From Clostridia bacterium (lineage in GTDB: Bacteria; Bacillota; Clostridia; Oscillospirales; CAG-272): a stretch of 62,180 bases of DNA. The DNA lies in assembly GCA_017481225.1 (NCBI GenBank), contig JAFUPM010000058.1, positions 1 to 62,180 on the forward strand, read 5' to 3'. The position numbers and the translations under genes were made by a program. Numbering within the stretch: position 1 is the first letter of the stretch; each line of letters begins with the position of its first letter. The notes beneath the pieces were generated by a model, which saw nothing but the letters and a program-made list of their open reading frames with translations, was not told the origin of the DNA and made no database searches. This document shows positions 29,816 to 38,877 of the stretch, one piece after another.

Positions 29816-31561
29816 CTACTTATCAAGCAGCGCAATATAAACCTTTTCATCTCCGTAAATAACGGTGAATATCTGAATATTTGCTTTCAGGTCCTTCCGT
29901 ATTCCGTCAAAATACCCGAAAACGTTAGAGTCATCGGCAGGGATAAAGGTCAGCATAAATCTGCCGTCAATGCCGAAGGCTACCGCCTTATCGAATATAG
30001 CCTTTGCCTCGGCTCTTGAATCAAGGATGAAGTCGTATTCGCTGCCCTTGAGGTTCATATCAAAATAATCGAAGGGCGCGGGCGCGGGCGACTTTTCTAT
30101 CTCGCTCCATACGCCGCCGTATGAGTACTCCGACTTGTGGTAATCAAGGGGCTTCAGAAACGCGCCGTAGCCCACAGCCTCAACGGCAGAGCCGAAGAAG
30201 GCGGCAATTCCGCTGTCTGCGGTGTATCGCTCGTCACCGCTTGTGGTATCCACAAGGTACCAGCCCCCATTAAGATTTACGTAATTCCAGGCGTGACCGA
30301 CTCCGCCCGAAAGAGAGGAGCCCGAGACGCGCAGAGTCCTTATGCCCTCAATTCCGCAGAGGAGAACGAACGCCTTGGTTTTGCCGTCGCAAACGGCACG
30401 GCCTTTTTCAAATACACCCTCAAGGTAATAGCAGGTGTCCTTTTTCAGCTCGTAAATTGCATCTGCGTTGCCCTCGGAGTTGACCTTCGTCGATTTATCA
30501 AAGGCGTCGTAGTCGTAAGATATTCCGTCAACCAAATACTCGTAAATGGCAATAACCTTCTCAGTGTCGGTCATACTGTCGTTTACGATATCGCGCAAAA
30601 TCATTTTCGCGCGCTCAAAGAACAGCTCAGCCTTGGTGTTCGCCATAGGAAACACGGGGAGATATCCCTGCTCCACAGCCCACCAAAGCTCCTCGGAGTT
30701 ATAAACCTCAAAGCTTTCAAGATTAGATTTATAAATAGCGAAGTCGTTAAAGTTATCAGCCCTTGCGACCCCTGCCGCCTCGGCAAAGGCGCGCCTTGCA
30801 ATCATATTGGCGCTCTGGGCGGGAAGGTAGGTATTCTTCTCTGTCAAGGGCGTGGTTTCGCTTGCCGCCTCGGCAAGGTAGCTTATCTCAAACTCTGCGC
30901 GGTGAGCCGTGTCCTCGTAGTAGAGTATTTTCAGCTTTGCGTGGGAGCCAAGCTCGATATCAAGCTCAAAGTCCTCGTTAACCTTGAAGCTTTCGGAAAT
31001 ACCCGAAAAATCAATACAAAACGAGTGATATCTGTGCGCTATGGCGAGGTCGAGAATTCTGTTCGCCTCGTAGTTGCTTTGTACCTTGTGATATTCCCCG
31101 TCCTTAAGGTCGCTTGTAAAATCATAGCCCGAGGTGGATATCATAAACTCAACGGTCACCGAGAAGGTTGCAAGGCACTCGTCCCCGACCTTCATATAAA
31201 TCTCGGTTCGTCCTACGGACTCTCCCGTAACAACAGCTCCCGAAAGAGAGGCAATCTCTTCGCATCTTGACTCAAATACAGCCTCTTTCGGCGCACCCGT
31301 GTCGAGAAATTCCACAAGATTTGCACTCTCGCTTTTCATAAGATAGACGGGTATAACACCCGTTTTTGTAAAGGCTTCACCGTCCCAGCCCTCGGGCGGC
31401 TTTTCCTCCCCCTCGGGGAAGGTAACCTCACCTCCGGGGTCACCTGTGCCCGAGGTGCCGTCGGACACACCGGGCAGCTCAAGCAAAAAAGTGCAGCTGA
31501 CAAGCGACAGCATAAGAGCCACCGTCAAAGCGAGCGATATTAATTTAATTTTTATTTTCAT
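29816..31561 (-). CDS. Lipoprotein with transglutaminase-like cysteine protease core
   Basis: The ORF is 581 aa with lipobox LSLVSC. It has a C/H/D core: GRAVCDGKTKAFVLLCG, GHAWNYVNL and LVDTTSGD. It ends 38 nt before the copA start on the same strand. Confidence 0.75.
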   Translation of the reverse strand: MKIKIKLISLALTVALMLSLVSCTFLLELPGVSDGTSGTGDPGGEVTFPEGEEKPPEGWDGEAFTKTGVIPVYLMKSESANLVEFLDTGAPKEAVFESRCEEIASLSGAVVTGESVGRTEIYMKVGDECLATFSVTVEFMISTSGYDFTSDLKDGEYHKVQSNYEANRILDLAIAHRYHSFCIDFSGISESFKVNEDFELDIELGSHAKLKILYYEDTAHRAEFEISYLAEAASETTPLTEKNTYLPAQSANMIARRAFAEAAGVARADNFNDFAIYKSNLESFEVYNSEELWWAVEQGYLPVFPMANTKAELFFERAKMILRDIVNDSMTDTEKVIAIYEYLVDGISYDYDAFDKSTKVNSEGNADAIYELKKDTCYYLEGVFEKGRAVCDGKTKAFVLLCGIEGIRTLRVSGSSLSGGVGHAWNYVNLNGGWYLVDTTSGDERYTADSGIAAFFGSAVEAVGYGAFLKPLDYHKSEYSYGGVWSEIEKSPAPAPFDYFDMNLKGSEYDFILDSRAEAKAIFDKAVAFGIDGRFMLTFIPADDSNVFGYFDGIRKDLKANIQIFTVIYGDEKVYIALLDK

Positions 31562-31569
31562 ATTATCTC

Positions 31570-31905
31570 CTAAATAAACTGCGCCTTGTTAATCCGCGCC
31601 CGAGAAGGCAGACATAAAAGCACGATGAAAAGCGGGAAATTGAGACACGTCCCGGGTTTTAGCGCTCTATTCGCCCTTTGAATTGCGCTTCGTATAATCC
31701 GCACCCGAGAAGGCGGACACAAAAGCTCGATGGAAAGCGGGAAATCGAGACACGTCTCGGGATTTAGCGCTCTATTCGCCCTTTGAATTGCGCTTCGTAT
31801 AATCCGTGCCCGAGAAGGCAGACACAAAAGCACGATGAAAAGCGGGAAATCGAGACACGTCTCGGGCGTTATGGCTTTATTTGCCCTTCGAATAAATCTC
31901 TCGGA
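31570..31905. repeat. Tandem 105-bp repeat (~3.2 copies) seeded on the 3' end of pepF
   Basis: Units start at 31591, 31696 and 31801, with a partial unit at 31575. The 31801 unit runs into the pepF stop (31877..31879) and its last codons. Each unit carries GAGACACGTC(T/C)CGGG. The track ORF 31570..31833 is a repeat artefact. Confidence 0.9.
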
Positions 31906-33679
31906 AGGAGGATATTGTATGGCGGAAGTCCTCTATAGCTCCCAGCACAACTCCGGGGTCGGTCATATCAATGCCCGCAACCTTAAGGCTGTCAAGGGGA
32001 GACATAGAGCCGCCGCATTTAAGGAATTCGATGTACTGCCCTACGTACCCTTCGCCCTCCTCCTCAATGCGCTTCACGATAGCCGACGCCGCGGAAATGC
32101 AGGTGGCGTACTTGTAAACGTAAAAGGCGGAATAGAAGTGAGGGATTCTCGCCCACTCGTAGGATATCTCCTCGTCCGAGACAACCTTGGGACCGAAGTA
32201 TTTATCCACAAGTCCCTTGTAGAGTGTCGATATAGTACCTGCGGTAAGAGGCTCTCCCCTCTCGCAAGCTGCGTGGGCGTCCCTCTCAAACTCCGCAAAC
32301 ATAGTCTGGCGGAAGAGGGTAGCCTTATAGGTTTCCATAAGCTTGTCGAGAATATAGAGCTTCTCGGTGTCCGACTCGCACTCGCGGAGCTTTTTGTGAG
32401 CGAAGAGAAGCTCGTTTACCGTAGAGGCAACCTCCGCGACGAATATAGTATAGCCCGAGTTGTGAGGCTCGTTATACTTACGGGAGAAATAGGAGTGCAT
32501 AGAGTGACCGCCCTCGTGAGCGAGAGTTGAAACGTCGTTATAGGTGTCGGTATAATTCAAAAGAATATAAGGCTCGGTGTAGGGGCAGCCTGCGCTGAAG
32601 GCTCCGCCGCGCTTGCCCTTGGTGGGATATACGTCAACCCAGCCGCGCTCCAAAAGTCCCGCCTTCATAGTGGAGTAGTACTCCTCGCCGAATACGCGCA
32701 CCGTGTCAAGCACCTCGCGAACCGCCTCCTCATAGCTGTATTTCGCTTCCGATGCGGGGGCAATAGAGGCGTACACGTCGTAAAGGTGGAGCTTATCAAC
32801 GCCAAGGACCTCTCTTTTCAGGTCGTAGTAATCGTAGAGTACGGGGAGCGCCCTATTGACCGACTCAATAAGACTGTTGTATATGACGGGGGTGACCTCG
32901 TCGCGGAAGGTAGATGCGGCAAGCGAGCTTTCGTGTCCTCTTGCCGATGCAAGCGTGCATTGCTCCTTCACGTAGGCGTTATAAATTGTGGCGAAGGTGT
33001 TGGAGAACTGCTTGTAGGTTTTGTAAAGCGTTTTGAACGCTCGGCGGCGAACACCTCTGTCAGCACTCATAAGGTGGGTGATGTAGTTCGCCTCGTTAAG
33101 CTCGCAAAGCTTTCCGTCCTCTCCGCGAATTTTGCCGAAGGTGATGTCGGAGTTCGAGAAAATTCCTTGAATATCGCCGTGGCTGTCGAGAGCATCTCCA
33201 AGCTTCGCCATAAGCTTTTCACACTCGTCCGAAAGGGTATGAGGCTTCTCGCGCTGGGCTCCGTCAATCATTCTGCGGAAGGACTCAAGCCCCTTACACT
33301 CCGCGTACATTTTCTCCACTCTTTTCCCGTCAAGGCTGATAAGAGAGGGGGAGACGAACCAAGCTGCGCTGTCAAGGGATACGGCAAGAGAGCGCACCCT
33401 TGCAACCCTCGCCTGGGCTGAGTTGTCGGAGTTATCCACGGCAAAGCCGAGGTAGGAGTAAGCCCAGAGCTTCTGTATTTTCCCTTGCGCCTTCACAAGG
33501 TCGGAAAGTGCAGAAAGCAGCTGCTCGCCACTCTCCTTCATCACGCCCTCGTGCTTCGGGAAAGCCGCAATCATAGCCTCCGTCTCCGCAAAGTCGGCAT
33601 CAAACGCCGCCTCGTCGGGGTAAACTATAGTAAGGTCCCACTTATATTTTGCATCTATTGCTTGTCTGTCAAGTGCCAT
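31877..33679 (-). CDS. pepF: Oligoendopeptidase F (M3B)
   Basis: The track ORF is 31877..33778. I prefer ATG 33679 (MALDRQAIDAKYKWDL), which follows GGAGGA. It has the HEGGH zinc motif (TLAHEGGHSMH). Confidence 0.85.
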   Translation of the reverse strand: MALDRQAIDAKYKWDLTIVYPDEAAFDADFAETEAMIAAFPKHEGVMKESGEQLLSALSDLVKAQGKIQKLWAYSYLGFAVDNSDNSAQARVARVRSLAVSLDSAAWFVSPSLISLDGKRVEKMYAECKGLESFRRMIDGAQREKPHTLSDECEKLMAKLGDALDSHGDIQGIFSNSDITFGKIRGEDGKLCELNEANYITHLMSADRGVRRRAFKTLYKTYKQFSNTFATIYNAYVKEQCTLASARGHESSLAASTFRDEVTPVIYNSLIESVNRALPVLYDYYDLKREVLGVDKLHLYDVYASIAPASEAKYSYEEAVREVLDTVRVFGEEYYSTMKAGLLERGWVDVYPTKGKRGGAFSAGCPYTEPYILLNYTDTYNDVSTLAHEGGHSMHSYFSRKYNEPHNSGYTIFVAEVASTVNELLFAHKKLRECESDTEKLYILDKLMETYKATLFRQTMFAEFERDAHAACERGEPLTAGTISTLYKGLVDKYFGPKVVSDEEISYEWARIPHFYSAFYVYKYATCISAASAIVKRIEEEGEGYVGQYIEFLKCGGSMSPLDSLKVAGIDMTDPGVVLGAIEDFRHTISSFREIYSKGK

Positions 33680-34018
33680 TTTTAGATCCTCCGCGCTCGT
33701 GTGAGCGAAATATTTTATATAAATATAGTAACACAACCCACGCCGAAAGTCAAGGGATTGCTGCCTTGGAAAAGGCAAAAAGTTAACCCGTGAACCTTCT
33801 CAAAGTAAATGTTTCGATTTATTACAGAGCCGCCCACTACCACAAGGCTTGTGCCGAAAAAGCGGTTCGCTCGCCCGCAAAAAGGAGATGCGCCGATTTG
33901 TTTCGGAGCCACCCTTCGTCCCAAGCCTTCTGCCCGAAAAGCAGCTCGCGCACATAAAAAGCAGATGCTTCAATATATTTCCAAGCTACTCTCTCAACCG
34001 TTGCTTTTACACGAAAAG

Positions 34019-34048
34019 TTAACCGACACCCCGTGGAGTGTCGGTTAA
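34019..34048 (-). terminator. Strong hairpin, possible terminator of the ZIP transporter gene
   Basis: An 11-bp stem pairs TTAACCGACAC (34019..34029) with GTGTCGGTTAA (34038..34048). On the minus strand it is followed by CUUUUCGUG. Confidence 0.4.
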
Positions 34049-34270
34049 GTGTATATCAAAAAAGCAGAATACTATTCAAAGGCTACGCAAAACACGCCGA
34101 TATAGTCTAAAAATGAGACACGTCCCCCGACTTAGTAGCTAAAGGACACCGAGAGTAAGCCCCAAAAGAAAACGCTTCACAAGATGCAGAGGCCAGACGA
34201 GCCGAGCCACAAAAACATAAGCGAAATGTCGAAGAGCAGCAAGCGCAAGCTATATAAGCGCCAAAGCAAG

Positions 34271-35020
34271 CTACAAAAGAACGCTGAAGGCAAGCATTAA
34301 GCAAAAGCCCAAAAGGAGCGCGTAGGTTGCGGCGTGCTCGTTGCCGTGGGAGTGGGTCTCGGGTATCATATCGTCACTCACTACGTAGAGCATCGTTCCC
34401 CCCGCGAAGGCGAGGGAAAAAGGCAGCACAGCCTCGGCAACCGTCACGGCATAGTAGCCGATAAAGGTACCAATCACCTCAACAAGCCCCGTCGCAAGGG
34501 CGCAGACGAGAGTCCTGCCGGGGGATATGCCGACGGAGAGCATAGGCGCGATAATAACCATTCCCTCGGGGACGTTCTGTATAGCAATTCCAAGGGCAAT
34601 GAGTATGCCTGCGGATATATCCTCGGAGCCGAAGCCAACCCCTGCCGCAATCCCCTCAGGCAGGTTGTGTATAGCAATAGCCATAACAAAAACCAAAATT
34701 TTTCGACCCCGTCCGTCAATTCCCTCGGCAGAGCCGAGCCCCACAAACTTATGGGCGAAGGGCACGGCGCGGTCAAGGAGATTTACGCACACTGCACCCG
34801 AAAAAATACCGATAACGGTTACGATAAGAGAATATTTTCCCCCATATTCAAGGGAGGGGATAATCAGACCAAGCACCGCCGCCGCAAAGCTTACGCCTGC
34901 CGCAAAGGATAGTACGGCATCGGAGCATTTGTGAGTTATTCCGCGAAAGAGAAAGCCCACAACCGCACCCAGCATAGTTGCGCCGCCGACACCGATAGCA
35001 CATATAATTACAATTTCCAT
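34271..35020 (-). CDS. ZIP-family divalent metal (zinc) transporter, ZupT-like
   Basis: The ORF is 249 aa and hydrophobic. It carries the paired motifs HNLPEGIAAG and QNVPEGM, which are typical of ZupT. Confidence 0.8.
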   Translation of the reverse strand: MEIVIICAIGVGGATMLGAVVGFLFRGITHKCSDAVLSFAAGVSFAAAVLGLIIPSLEYGGKYSLIVTVIGIFSGAVCVNLLDRAVPFAHKFVGLGSAEGIDGRGRKILVFVMAIAIHNLPEGIAAGVGFGSEDISAGILIALGIAIQNVPEGMVIIAPMLSVGISPGRTLVCALATGLVEVIGTFIGYYAVTVAEAVLPFSLAFAGGTMLYVVSDDMIPETHSHGNEHAATYALLLGFCLMLAFSVLL

Positions 35021-35243
35021 TTTTCACCGAAGAAGTTTAATTTATGAGTCCTTACCATTATATGCATTATCCGAAGAGGTGTCACATCATTAAAGAGTTT
35101 TTCTTTAAATTTGAGCAAAAGCAAAAGCACCGACAGAGCATTGTCGGCGCGATAAAACCGCATTTTTGAATACTTTAGTTTGCATTTAGCTTGGATTTTT
35201 GTATTTTGCAGTATAGAATTCGTTCAATATCAAATTTGAATTT

Positions 35244-35747
35244 TTATGTTTTTTCAAACTTTTCTTTGAGTATATTCCAATACGTCTCGAGTCTTATTTT
35301 CGTACCGGGTGTAAGCTCCGAGACGAGAGTCGCCTCGGGCAGTGTAAGATACTTATAATCAACAACCTCAGTCGGCTGCAGGGTAAGGTTTGGCTGTCCC
35401 CGAAGCTCGAGATAGTAGGAGTATATCATAGCCGCGCCGTGGAAGCTCGTCCCTAAAAGCGAAAGCTCCTCGGGCAAAGCAGAAATGCCTGTCTCCTCAA
35501 AAAGCTCCCTTGCCGCGCTCTCCCTCGGTACCTCTCCAAGGATAACTCCGCCGCCCGGCACCTCCCAGGAAAGTCCTCTCCACTTGTTAGGGTGCCTTTG
35601 GGTAATAAGCAGTTTATCAGAAACCTTAACCCAAACCTCAACGACTCTGAAATAAAGCCCCTCGGGAAACGGCTCTCCCGATTCCCTATTATATATAACT
35701 CCCGAGCCCTCGCCAAGCTCGTTTACAAGCTCCCAAAGTTCCGCCAT
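35244..35747 (-). CDS. NUDIX hydrolase
   Basis: I prefer ATG 35747 (MAELWEL...), which follows GGAGAAG. The Nudix box is GGGVILGEVPRESAARELFEETGI. Confidence 0.8.
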   Translation of the reverse strand: MAELWELVNELGEGSGVIYNRESGEPFPEGLYFRVVEVWVKVSDKLLITQRHPNKWRGLSWEVPGGGVILGEVPRESAARELFEETGISALPEELSLLGTSFHGAAMIYSYYLELRGQPNLTLQPTEVVDYKYLTLPEATLVSELTPGTKIRLETYWNILKEKFEKT

Positions 35748-36010
35748 TTTTCTTCTCCTCTGCAATAGTCTTGCTTAATAATTTTACCACACACGCGTCG
35801 CCCTGTCAACATCGTAGGCGACTATTTGCTTTGAGGTTTTTTAAGTATTCTCGCCTTATGCCAAACTCGATATGTACTTCCCGAGCTTAGAGCGCCGAGG
35901 GAGCGCACAACCGTCCTGCGCCAACGCTTTCAATAAAAACGTACCGTTTCCCCGCTCCGCCTTCGGCAAGCATTGTAACACTGCGCCGCGCCCCTTCGAC
36001 AAAAATCATA

Positions 36011-36039
36011 TTGACAACGGCGGGCGAGTATTGTATTAT
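36011..36039 (+). promoter_or_regulatory. Promoter of the ABC pair
   Basis: TTGACA (36011..36016) is followed by 17 nt and then TATTAT (36034..36039). Confidence 0.55.
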
Positions 36040-36079
36040 ATAAGTAGAAAAACAATCAAAACAAAGGAGGACACGCAAA

Positions 36080-36820
36080 TTGTTTGAGCATCTTAAACAC
36101 GAGCAGCCCACCTCGGGTGTGCTGGAGTGTCGCGGACTTACGAAAAGCTACTCAAGAGGTGAGCCGCCCGTGCTTCGCGACTTTAATCTTTCTCTGCCCT
36201 CGGGCAGAATAGTAGGACTTCTCGGCCCCAACGGCTGCGGAAAGTCAACCCTTATGAAGCTTATCGTCGGCTTGCTCACGCCCGACAGCGGAGCCGTCTT
36301 TATCTCGGGAGAGAAAACAAGCTACAAAACCAACGGCTACGTTTCATACCTTCCCGAGCGCACCTACTTCGACCCCTCAATGAAGGTATGCGAGCTTATC
36401 AAGTTTTTCTCCGACTTTTACACAGACTTTGACCCGAGCGTGGCTGAGAAAATGCTCACCTCGCTGAACATAAACAAAAATTCAAAGCTCAAGACTCTGT
36501 CCAAGGGAACCAAGGAAAAGGTTCAGCTGGTAATGGTTATGTCGAGGAAGGCAAAGCTCTACCTTCTCGACGAGCCTATCGCAGGCGTTGACCCTGCGGC
36601 GCGAGACTATATTCTTGAGACTATTATATCAAACCGAAACCCCGAGGCTACCGTAATTATCACAACTCACTTAATTCACGATATTGAGGGTGTCCTCGAC
36701 GACTTCTACTTTATGGGCAGGTCGGGAGAGATACTGATGTCGGGCGAGGCAGAGGCTACCCGCAAGGAACAGGGCAAGACCCTAGACGAGCTGTTCAGGG
36801 AGGTGTACAGATGCTACTAA
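36080..36820 (+). CDS. ABC transporter ATP-binding protein
   Basis: The ORF is 246 aa with a TTG start 9 nt after AAGGAGG. Motifs present are Walker A GPNGCGKST, signature LSKGTKEKV and Walker B LYLLDEP. Confidence 0.85.
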   Translation: MFEHLKHEQPTSGVLECRGLTKSYSRGEPPVLRDFNLSLPSGRIVGLLGPNGCGKSTLMKLIVGLLTPDSGAVFISGEKTSYKTNGYVSYLPERTYFDPSMKVCELIKFFSDFYTDFDPSVAEKMLTSLNINKNSKLKTLSKGTKEKVQLVMVMSRKAKLYLLDEPIAGVDPAARDYILETIISNRNPEATVIITTHLIHDIEGVLDDFYFMGRSGEILMSGEAEATRKEQGKTLDELFREVYRCY

Positions 36821-37644
36821 AGCTACTTAAATACGATATTAAAGCCGTTTGGAAAATAGCCCTCACCGTCTCTCTGATTTCCTTCGGCGTAGCAGCTATG
36901 GGCGGTGCCGGCTATGCCGCGTATATAAACGGATTGGCAAACGATTCGGATTCGCCCTTTATTTTCGTGGGGTTTTTCGGATATCTTTTCTCCATTTTCG
37001 CCATTAGCGGAGCTTGCTTCACCATATCCATCGTGGTATTCTCAAGGTTCTATAAAAATCTGTTTACAGACGAAGGATACCTTACCTTCACCCTGCCTGT
37101 AAGCCGTAACAAAATACACCTGGCAAAAACCCTGAACACGGTTATCTGGTCGGTATATCAGGTCATAATGGCTGGAATTTGTATTCTTATTTACTCCTTC
37201 TTTATGCCGAAAAGCAACATTGATTCGGGGATAAATATGTTTGAGTTCTTCTTCGAGCCTATATCCCGAGAGTTTGCTGTGTGGGACGTTTTGACTATTA
37301 TTGAGTCGCTCTTAACCTTTATTGCTTTAGCTCTTTTCTCGCTTTGCCTTGTAGAGATGTGCATAGCTCTCGGAGCTATGCTCGTAAAGCGAGGCAAGCT
37401 CACTCTCGGTATAGTACTCTATATGCTTATCTCGGGAGCTGTGGAAACTGCGGGTCTAATTCTTATCATACTCGAGAGCTTATTCTTCGACTTCTCCCAC
37501 CTTTCAAATACACCGCAGGCGTGGGTCGCACACGCCATGGGCGCGGGCTTGATGTTTGTAAATATGCTTCTGTCGCTTGGAGTCCTTTTCCTCACATATT
37601 TCCTCACGCAGAAGATTATCGACAAAAAGCTAAACCTTGCATAA
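36811..37644 (+). CDS. Multi-pass membrane protein, probable ABC-2-type permease partner
   Basis: The ORF is 277 aa with about 6 hydrophobic helices. Its start overlaps the ATPase stop by 10 nt, suggesting translational coupling. Confidence 0.6.
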   Translation: MLLKLLKYDIKAVWKIALTVSLISFGVAAMGGAGYAAYINGLANDSDSPFIFVGFFGYLFSIFAISGACFTISIVVFSRFYKNLFTDEGYLTFTLPVSRNKIHLAKTLNTVIWSVYQVIMAGICILIYSFFMPKSNIDSGINMFEFFFEPISREFAVWDVLTIIESLLTFIALALFSLCLVEMCIALGAMLVKRGKLTLGIVLYMLISGAVETAGLILIILESLFFDFSHLSNTPQAWVAHAMGAGLMFVNMLLSLGVLFLTYFLTQKIIDKKLNLA

Positions 37645-37755
37645 AAGCGGTATTTTGTAAACTAAACATTTCTTTTTCACGCAAAAACGGCAGATTTCCA
37701 AGAAAATCTTGGGTCTGCCGTTTCGTTTTTATTATTCCGTTTTTAAGCACAAATT

Positions 37756-37893
37756 AAATGTCAAACCCGTGCTTTTTGACCTCAAATGTCAAGCTCGTGC
37801 TTTTTGATATCAAATGTCAAACTCGCGCTTTTTGATATCAAATGTCAAACTCGTGCTTTTGACCTCAAATGTCAAACTCGTGCTTTTTGATAA
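37756..37893. repeat. Tandem 27-28 bp repeat (5 copies) seeded on the 3' end of the LysR gene
   Basis: AAATGTCAA(A/G)C(T/C)CG(T/C)GCTTTTTGA units start at 37756, 37784, 37812, 37840 and 37867. The last unit holds the stop (37865..37867) and the codons for KKHEFDI. Confidence 0.9.
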
Positions 37894-38755
37894 ATTCGAT
37901 AAGCGAGATTAGCGCACGGGATAGCCACTTATTTTTGTGGTATATCAGCTGCTTCCATATATCGAACTGCACCTCGGGGACGTCGATATAAACGAGCCTG
38001 CCCTCCTTGACTCCCCGTCTTGTGACAAACTCGGGAAGAAAGGATACCCCTGCCCCGCGTGCCAGCATTTCGGTTATGACGTCGGTTCTGTCCATTTCCA
38101 GAACGGGCAGAATTTCAAGAGACCTTTCCGCCAATGCCGCATCAAGGGAACGGCGGTAGCCCGCGTTCTTCTCGGTCAAAAGGAAGGGGAACTCCGAAAG
38201 CTCCTCGAGGGTCATCGGCTTGCCCGTATCATATTTTGAGCCCTTGCCCGTCACGAAGTTCATCCTCACGGGCTCCTCCTTGGCTATGACGTAATCCCTC
38301 TTGTATATATGCCTGTCGAGGGTGAGCATCAGGTCAGCCTCGTTTCTGTCAAGCATTCGGAACATCTCAAGGGTATCTACGCTTGTGAATTTCAAGGAGA
38401 TGGCGGGATGCTCTTTATTGAAGCTCATATAATTTGCAAGCATCATATCCTCGCAAACAGAGTCGGGAGCAAGTATATGTATGCGGGCACAGGGCTCGTC
38501 TGCGGTGCTAATATTCTGGTTAAACTCCTCGGTCATCGTGCTTATTCTGTGGGCAAAGGCGAGAAGCTCCGCGCCCTTCTCGGTAAGGGTGATAGTATGG
38601 TTAACGCGCTCGAACAAAAGGCACCCAAGCTCGTCCTCTAACTGCTTTATCTGGAAGGATACCGTTGACTGGGAATACCCAAGAGCGCGCGCCGCCCGTG
38701 TGAAGCTGTTCAGCTCCGCAACCTGTATAAATGATATAAGATTTCTAAGCTCCAT
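37865..38755 (-). CDS. LysR-family transcriptional regulator
   Basis: The ORF is 296 aa. It has an N-terminal wHTH (MELRNLISFIQVAELNSFTRAARALGYSQSTVSFQIKQLE) and is divergent from the lyase gene. Confidence 0.85.
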   Translation of the reverse strand: MELRNLISFIQVAELNSFTRAARALGYSQSTVSFQIKQLEDELGCLLFERVNHTITLTEKGAELLAFAHRISTMTEEFNQNISTADEPCARIHILAPDSVCEDMMLANYMSFNKEHPAISLKFTSVDTLEMFRMLDRNEADLMLTLDRHIYKRDYVIAKEEPVRMNFVTGKGSKYDTGKPMTLEELSEFPFLLTEKNAGYRRSLDAALAERSLEILPVLEMDRTDVITEMLARGAGVSFLPEFVTRRGVKEGRLVYIDVPEVQFDIWKQLIYHKNKWLSRALISLIEFIKKHEFDI

Positions 38756-38877
38756 TTTACCCCCGATATATAATCGAAAAAATCGATAATAATTATCAAA
38801 AAGATTTACTTGACTAATTTATGCATCTATTATATAATATATTCGTTTAAATTTCAATACCCCGGAGGAAAATAAAA

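Noticed and set aside
31570-31833. 87-aa minus-strand ORF with internally repeated sequence
   Set aside because: It is a translation of the 105-bp (35-codon) tandem repeat, and no start context is present. The same reasoning applies to ORFs 9818..10177, 9879..10115 and 9916..10173 in the ~85-bp repeat, and to 27136..27708, 27219..27611 and 27296..27478 in the copA repeat.
37756-37893. Possible CRISPR array (also considered for 41538..41712 and 7129..7285)
   Set aside because: Units abut one another with no unique spacers. The first unit is part of a gene, and no cas genes or leader are present.
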